The position numbers and the translations under genes are program-made. Positions 59,358 to 64,000 of a stretch of 64,000 nucleotides of DNA are shown here, in pieces. The notes below the pieces were generated by a model. That model saw only the letters and a list, made by a program, of their open reading frames with translations. It was not told the DNA's origin and searched no databases. The DNA comes from Methanotrichaceae archaeon. GTDB taxonomy: Archaea > Halobacteriota > Methanosarcinia > Methanotrichales > Methanotrichaceae. The stretch's first letter is position 1; every line of letters begins with the position of its first letter. The stretch lies in assembly GCA_963803145.1 (NCBI GenBank), contig CAWDLW010000025.1, forward strand, positions 64,001 through 128,000, in the 5' to 3' direction.

Positions 59358-60364
59358 TTCTGTTCAAAAGAGCTTATGCACGCTTTGGCTAGCCTGGCGC
59401 ATTTCCAAAAGCCCCGTGCTACGTCAAGAGTTTCAATACAATCGCGACATATTGCGGGCCACTCGAATTTATTTTCTAATTGGGCCTTACGCTGCCTTAT
59501 CATCCGCTCTGAATTGAAGATCTTTAAAGGCGATTCATTTTTTATATTGCCTGCAGGATAATTTGAGTCGTAATCTTCGCAGCACATTTTCACTGTCCCG
59601 TCCCAATCAAATAAGAGTACCTCCCAAATATATCTGCAAGGCCATTGCTTTTTCTCCGTCCTGCTTCCAAAGATACCCCAGTTTATCCAGGGAGGAATTG
59701 CAATTGAATCTACCTTCTCAGACCAATATTTGCTAAATTCTTTAATCTCGCTCGAAGAACAGATGTCCGTAGGAACAAGCGAAACTTGCACCCAAATAGG
59801 GGATCCAGCCTCATCGTTTTTTGCCAAGAAATGCTGAACATTTTGTATAGTTTTTTCATATGGAAGTTTCATAACAGCCTCATAAGTTTCTTTTCGGAAG
59901 GCGTTTAGACTTATGGTTACCTGATCTATGCCTGAAGAAATCAGTTCAGAGGCTCTATTTCCGTCTAATAAACTAGCATTGGTATATATTCCAACTTTAG
60001 CTTCGTTGAATGCCTTTTTTTCATAAAGGATTTTATCGGCAAGCTGTTTGTCTATCAAGGGCTCTCCAATACCTGCATGAGTTATTAAGGAAATTGGTGC
60101 ACAAGTCTTCGCTACAGCATCAACTATTGTTCTGTGAACCTCCATGCTCATGATTCCCTTTTGACGTTTCATACTCCGCGAAGGACACATTATGCATTCA
60201 GCGTTGCAATAGTTTACAGTCTCTATTGCTAACTGCCTGGGTAGCAACTCAAAATTGCCGTCAACCTCTTTATTAATTCTATCTTCTAACATCATATCAG
60301 AGACAAAAGGCAATTCTGAATCCACTACCAAATCACTAATTGCTCTTAATATTCGTTTTGGCAT
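59354..60364 (-). CDS. Radical SAM protein with SPASM/twitch domain
   Basis: CNAECIMC, GEP and TN motifs; C-terminal PC..W...CC.D...G...C..C. Confidence 0.88.
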   Translation of the reverse strand: MPKRILRAISDLVVDSELPFVSDMMLEDRINKEVDGNFELLPRQLAIETVNYCNAECIMCPSRSMKRQKGIMSMEVHRTIVDAVAKTCAPISLITHAGIGEPLIDKQLADKILYEKKAFNEAKVGIYTNASLLDGNRASELISSGIDQVTISLNAFRKETYEAVMKLPYEKTIQNVQHFLAKNDEAGSPIWVQVSLVPTDICSSSEIKEFSKYWSEKVDSIAIPPWINWGIFGSRTEKKQWPCRYIWEVLLFDWDGTVKMCCEDYDSNYPAGNIKNESPLKIFNSERMIRQRKAQLENKFEWPAICRDCIETLDVARGFWKCARLAKACISSFEQK

Positions 60365-60381
60365 AAGAGTAATTACTCAGA

Positions 60382-61635
60382 TTATTTAGCGAGATTTTCA
60401 TGCGTCCAGTTCAGTTTCGGGCAAACAACCCCCCAGCCTCTTTGCATGGGATCTATTGAGCCGGTGGCGATCACATCAAAACTAAGGCACTCATGGGCAT
60501 AATGATATGCTTTAACATTCGGGATAACTGCTCCCAGATCCACATGGTACCTTCCAGGCAATAAGAAGTGTCCCGGGATTTCTACATAAGCTCGGTAAGT
60601 TCCAATATTCTCAAATGGTTGTTCATTATTCGTATCATCTCTATCTGCGGTGAATATTATTCGTATGCCAAGATCGTTTTTAAGTGCCACTGATATAGTT
60701 AACCCTCGCGGGATTTCTTTTATAGAATATTCTACGCCTATAAAAAATGAATGCCGAAAATCAATGTTTGAGGAGATTTGGTGATTATTATCTAAAACAA
60801 AGCAGCTAGTAATAACTACATCGCTCGGCTCTAACGGAGGATGTAATTTCACAACACCTTGCTTTTGTGACCGTGAATGCAGATATTCACTTACAACTGA
60901 TTGAGTCTCATCAAGGATTATAGCTTGACCTTTATCTAGCCATAAAGCGCTACTACATAAGCTGATAATCGCACCCATATTATGGCTCACAAATAATACA
61001 GTCCGCCCTTCCTTTGCCACCGTTCCCATTTTTCCCAGGCACTTCTTCTGGAACGCCGCATCTCCTACTGCTAAGACCTCATCAACTAGCAGGATCTCTG
61101 TGTCCAGGTGAGCAGCCACGGCGAAGGCAAGCCGTACATACATACCACTTGAGTAGCGTTTCACAGGGGTATCTAGAAACTTCTCTATTTCCGAGAACTT
61201 TACAATTTCATCGAATTTATCATCTATCTCCTTCTTTCGCATGCCAATGATAGACCCACTGAGATAGATATTCTCTCTTCCTGTCAGCTCAGGGTGAAAT
61301 CCTGTGCCCACTTCCAGCAGTGATCCCACGCGACCGTAAAGCTCTATATAGCCCTCTGTTGGCATGGTGATGCGTGAAAGGATCTTGAGCAGAGTACTTT
61401 TGCCAGCGCCATTCCTTCCGATGATACCTACTACCTCGCCCTGCTTTACATCGAAGGAGACATCCTTTAGAGCCCAGAAGTACCGATCTTCATTCCCTTG
61501 CTGGCAATTCAGCTTCCTAAAGGGCATAACAGCTAAGCTAGTGATTGCATCTCGAAAAGTCTTGTAGGGCTCCTGCTGGCCTATACGGTAGCGCTTGCCC
61601 AAGTTTTTAATATGAATCGCTATATTTTCTACCAT
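60382..61635 (-). CDS. wzt: Polysaccharide ABC transporter ATP-binding protein with Wzt_C domain
   Basis: WALKDVSF, GRNGAGKST, YSSGM, DEVLAVGD and VSH motifs; C-terminal carbohydrate-binding extension. Confidence 0.93.
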   Translation of the reverse strand: MVENIAIHIKNLGKRYRIGQQEPYKTFRDAITSLAVMPFRKLNCQQGNEDRYFWALKDVSFDVKQGEVVGIIGRNGAGKSTLLKILSRITMPTEGYIELYGRVGSLLEVGTGFHPELTGRENIYLSGSIIGMRKKEIDDKFDEIVKFSEIEKFLDTPVKRYSSGMYVRLAFAVAAHLDTEILLVDEVLAVGDAAFQKKCLGKMGTVAKEGRTVLFVSHNMGAIISLCSSALWLDKGQAIILDETQSVVSEYLHSRSQKQGVVKLHPPLEPSDVVITSCFVLDNNHQISSNIDFRHSFFIGVEYSIKEIPRGLTISVALKNDLGIRIIFTADRDDTNNEQPFENIGTYRAYVEIPGHFLLPGRYHVDLGAVIPNVKAYHYAHECLSFDVIATGSIDPMQRGWGVVCPKLNWTHENLAK

Positions 61636-61808
61636 CTACACCACATTAACGGAAATAATCCTTATCATTGAAGCTAAGCAATGAAAATGAGGGCTAATAT
61701 TCAGGTTACCCAGCTGAATAATCTACTTTAGTTACGTCTAATGATATTTACTTCTTTATCAATATATCTATAATATAATAGTATTACAAAGCAATATACC
61801 ATCCGCGG

Positions 61809-61921
61809 TTATCTTTCCGGCCCTCTTATCATCCAATCAATTCAGTACCGGCAACCTCTAATTTACTCTATTTCCTTCCTTCAAAGCCTTGTATAAATAT
61901 CTTTCTTTGCCGGAAAGATAA
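61809..61921. repeat. 113-bp segment bounded by perfect 13-bp inverted repeats
   Basis: TTATCTTTCCGGC (61809-61821) and GCCGGAAAGATAA (61909-61921). Confidence 0.85.
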
Positions 61922-62064
61922 TCTGATGTGTAGATGAGCAACTATCTGCCGATACTTGCCTTTTCGCAGGAGTTATGCTACTTGCATAAATCCTACTTAA
62001 CAACTGCAATTATTCTAATTTAGAATAAGCCTATGAGCTCCATTAGGAAAAAGGGGGATCCCGA

Positions 62065-64000
62065 TCAGGGTGTCACATTAATCGTCACGGGGTTACTCCA
62101 GGGGCCATATCCATCCTTATTCCAGGCATCGATATACCAATTATATTGGCCGCCTCCGAGCAATATAGAGGGAGTAACTTGGCAATTTACCCCATTGAAT
62201 ACATCATTCTCTTTATACCACTGATTAATGGTTGTTCCTGAGGGTGCATCCACTCGCAAGTTATACCATAACGTTCCAACTACGTTGCACCAATTGTAAG
62301 TTGGCTTTTGAGTGGTTATTGTACCGGACGGTGATATTAAAGTTGCTACGCCAGGAACACCGCCTTGAATACTAAACGACATAGGGTCGCTCCAAAGGCC
62401 ATATCCATCCTTATTCCAGGCATCGATATACCAATTATATTGGCCACCTCCGAGCGATGTAGAAGGAGTAACTTGGCAATTTATCCCATTGAATACGTCA
62501 TTCTCTTTATACCATTGATCAATGACTGATCCAGAGGCTGCATTAACCCGCAAGTTATACCATAATGTTCCGGCTACATCGCTCCAGATGAACGTTGTTG
62601 TCAGTGCATTTGTTTGACCCGTTGGTGAGATCAAAGTAGCTTTGCCAGGAACACCGCCCTGAATGCTAAATGACATGGGGTCACTCCAAGGGCCATATCC
62701 ATCCTTATTCCAGGCATCGATATACCAATTATATTGGCCACCTCCGAGCGATGTAGAAGGAGTAACTTGGCAATTTATCCCATTGAATACGTCATTCTCT
62801 TTATACCATTGATCAATGACTGATCCAGAGGCTGCATTAACCCGCAAGTTATACCATAATGTTCCGGCTACATCGCTCCAGATGAACGTTGTTGTCAGTG
62901 CATTTGTTTGACCCGTTGGTGAGATCAAAGTAGCTTTGCCAGGAGCACCGCCCTGGACGTAAAATGGCACGGGGTCACTCCAGGGGCCATATCCATCCTT
63001 ATTCCAGGCATCGATATACCAATTATATTGGCCACGTCCGAGCGATGTAGCGGGAGTAACTTGGCAATCGATCCCATTGAATACATCATCCTTTTTATAC
63101 CACTGATCAATGACTGTACCTGTGGGTGAATCTACTCGCAGGTCATACCATAAGGTTCCATCCAAATTGCTCCAGTTGTAAGTTGGCATCTCAGTGGTTA
63201 TTGAACCGGATGGCGATATCAAAGTAGTTTTGCCAAGTGTCAAAGGATACAGCAGCATTACTCCAGCTATATCTCCATTCCCAAGCGTTCTCTGCACATC
63301 ATTATAGGCGTTCATTATCTGGCTATAATCTGATTTGCGTGCGTCGCTGGAAGGTAAGGTATATAAATCTCCCAAACCTATTGTATGGCCCAGCTCATGC
63401 AAAGCGACGCCTTGAACATCCAAAGAATCGCCAGAGTGATAGGGCGTGCCATCTATGCCTGTCGTTGACCAGGGATATGCCGTATTGAGGCTTACATCCG
63501 ACTCGTACGCCGTCCAGTACCCATTAACTATCGGAGTATCATACCGTGTCCGTGTATAGGCAAGGGCTGAAGGAGCATCCGAGAGGTATTTCCAACCTAC
63601 GACATTATATCCGTCATATGGGTTATCTACGCTCTTGCTCGGATCGATAATCACAGTATTACCATCTGCGAAGAGGTTCTGGGCCACAGCATCATCCCAG
63701 GTATTTGCTGCATTAGCAATGGCGGTCTGGGCCTGCGTTGCCGTTAGCCCTGTTCCCGGGATAAGGCCATTATTATCATCCTTCAAGTAAAGCTGAATTT
63801 TTGGATCGAGGGTATTCCAACGCCATCCTGTCAATGCATATGATGAGGATGAGCCTCCTTGTGCCTGAGTCGCTACCTGGTCCATGCATCCCAGATCATT
63901 GGCATCGAGGCTTGCTGCATTCATCTCAAATGTTCCCATGCCGTCTGATACAGCTCTCAGCCCCTGCATAGATACGCCTCCGCCATTCTGTGCAACCTGC
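62065..64000 (-). CDS. Matrixin/M10-like metzincin protease with four C-terminal ~98-aa Ig/FN3-like repeats; 5'-partial
   Basis: HELGHTIGLGD plus a Met-turn-like QIMN. Repeats recur every 294 bp (62107, 62401, 62695, 62989). The frame is open to the window end. Confidence 0.85.
   Translation of the reverse strand, partial: QVAQNGGGVSMQGLRAVSDGMGTFEMNAASLDANDLGCMDQVATQAQGGSSSSYALTGWRWNTLDPKIQLYLKDDNNGLIPGTGLTATQAQTAIANAANTWDDAVAQNLFADGNTVIIDPSKSVDNPYDGYNVVGWKYLSDAPSALAYTRTRYDTPIVNGYWTAYESDVSLNTAYPWSTTGIDGTPYHSGDSLDVQGVALHELGHTIGLGDLYTLPSSDARKSDYSQIMNAYNDVQRTLGNGDIAGVMLLYPLTLGKTTLISPSGSITTEMPTYNWSNLDGTLWYDLRVDSPTGTVIDQWYKKDDVFNGIDCQVTPATSLGRGQYNWYIDAWNKDGYGPWSDPVPFYVQGGAPGKATLISPTGQTNALTTTFIWSDVAGTLWYNLRVNAASGSVIDQWYKENDVFNGINCQVTPSTSLGGGQYNWYIDAWNKDGYGPWSDPMSFSIQGGVPGKATLISPTGQTNALTTTFIWSDVAGTLWYNLRVNAASGSVIDQWYKENDVFNGINCQVTPSTSLGGGQYNWYIDAWNKDGYGLWSDPMSFSIQGGVPGVATLISPSGTITTQKPTYNWCNVVGTLWYNLRVDAPSGTTINQWYKENDVFNGVNCQVTPSILLGGGQYNWYIDAWNKDGYGPWSNPVTINVTP

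Overview
Archaeal chromosomal segment, most consistent with a Methanothrix (Methanosaeta)-like methanogen: DUF1608 S-layer protein with PGF-CTERM, F420:NADP oxidoreductase, NrpR, AglB, archaeal CCA enzyme, Rps6e and Tsr3. The first ~34 kb is mostly housekeeping and membrane genes. It is interrupted by an intact IS701-like element and by an 11-bp tandem array that reads on the minus strand as a chain of TAATG-coupled tripeptide mini-ORFs. After tRNA-Gln and tRNA-Glu comes a cell-envelope region. It opens with five secreted, Cys-rich proteins that appear to share one domain (candidate sheath/MspA-like locus); the three close paralogues have long, apparently conserved structured leaders. Then follow aglB, a tnpB-only IS200/IS605 element in the aglB/glycosyltransferase divergent promoter, a ~18 kb glycosylation cluster (one frameshifted GT, an orphan wzt, a promoter-like motif bracketed by 13-bp inverted repeats) and a repeat-containing metalloprotease running off the right edge. 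All calls come from reading motifs by eye; no searches were run.
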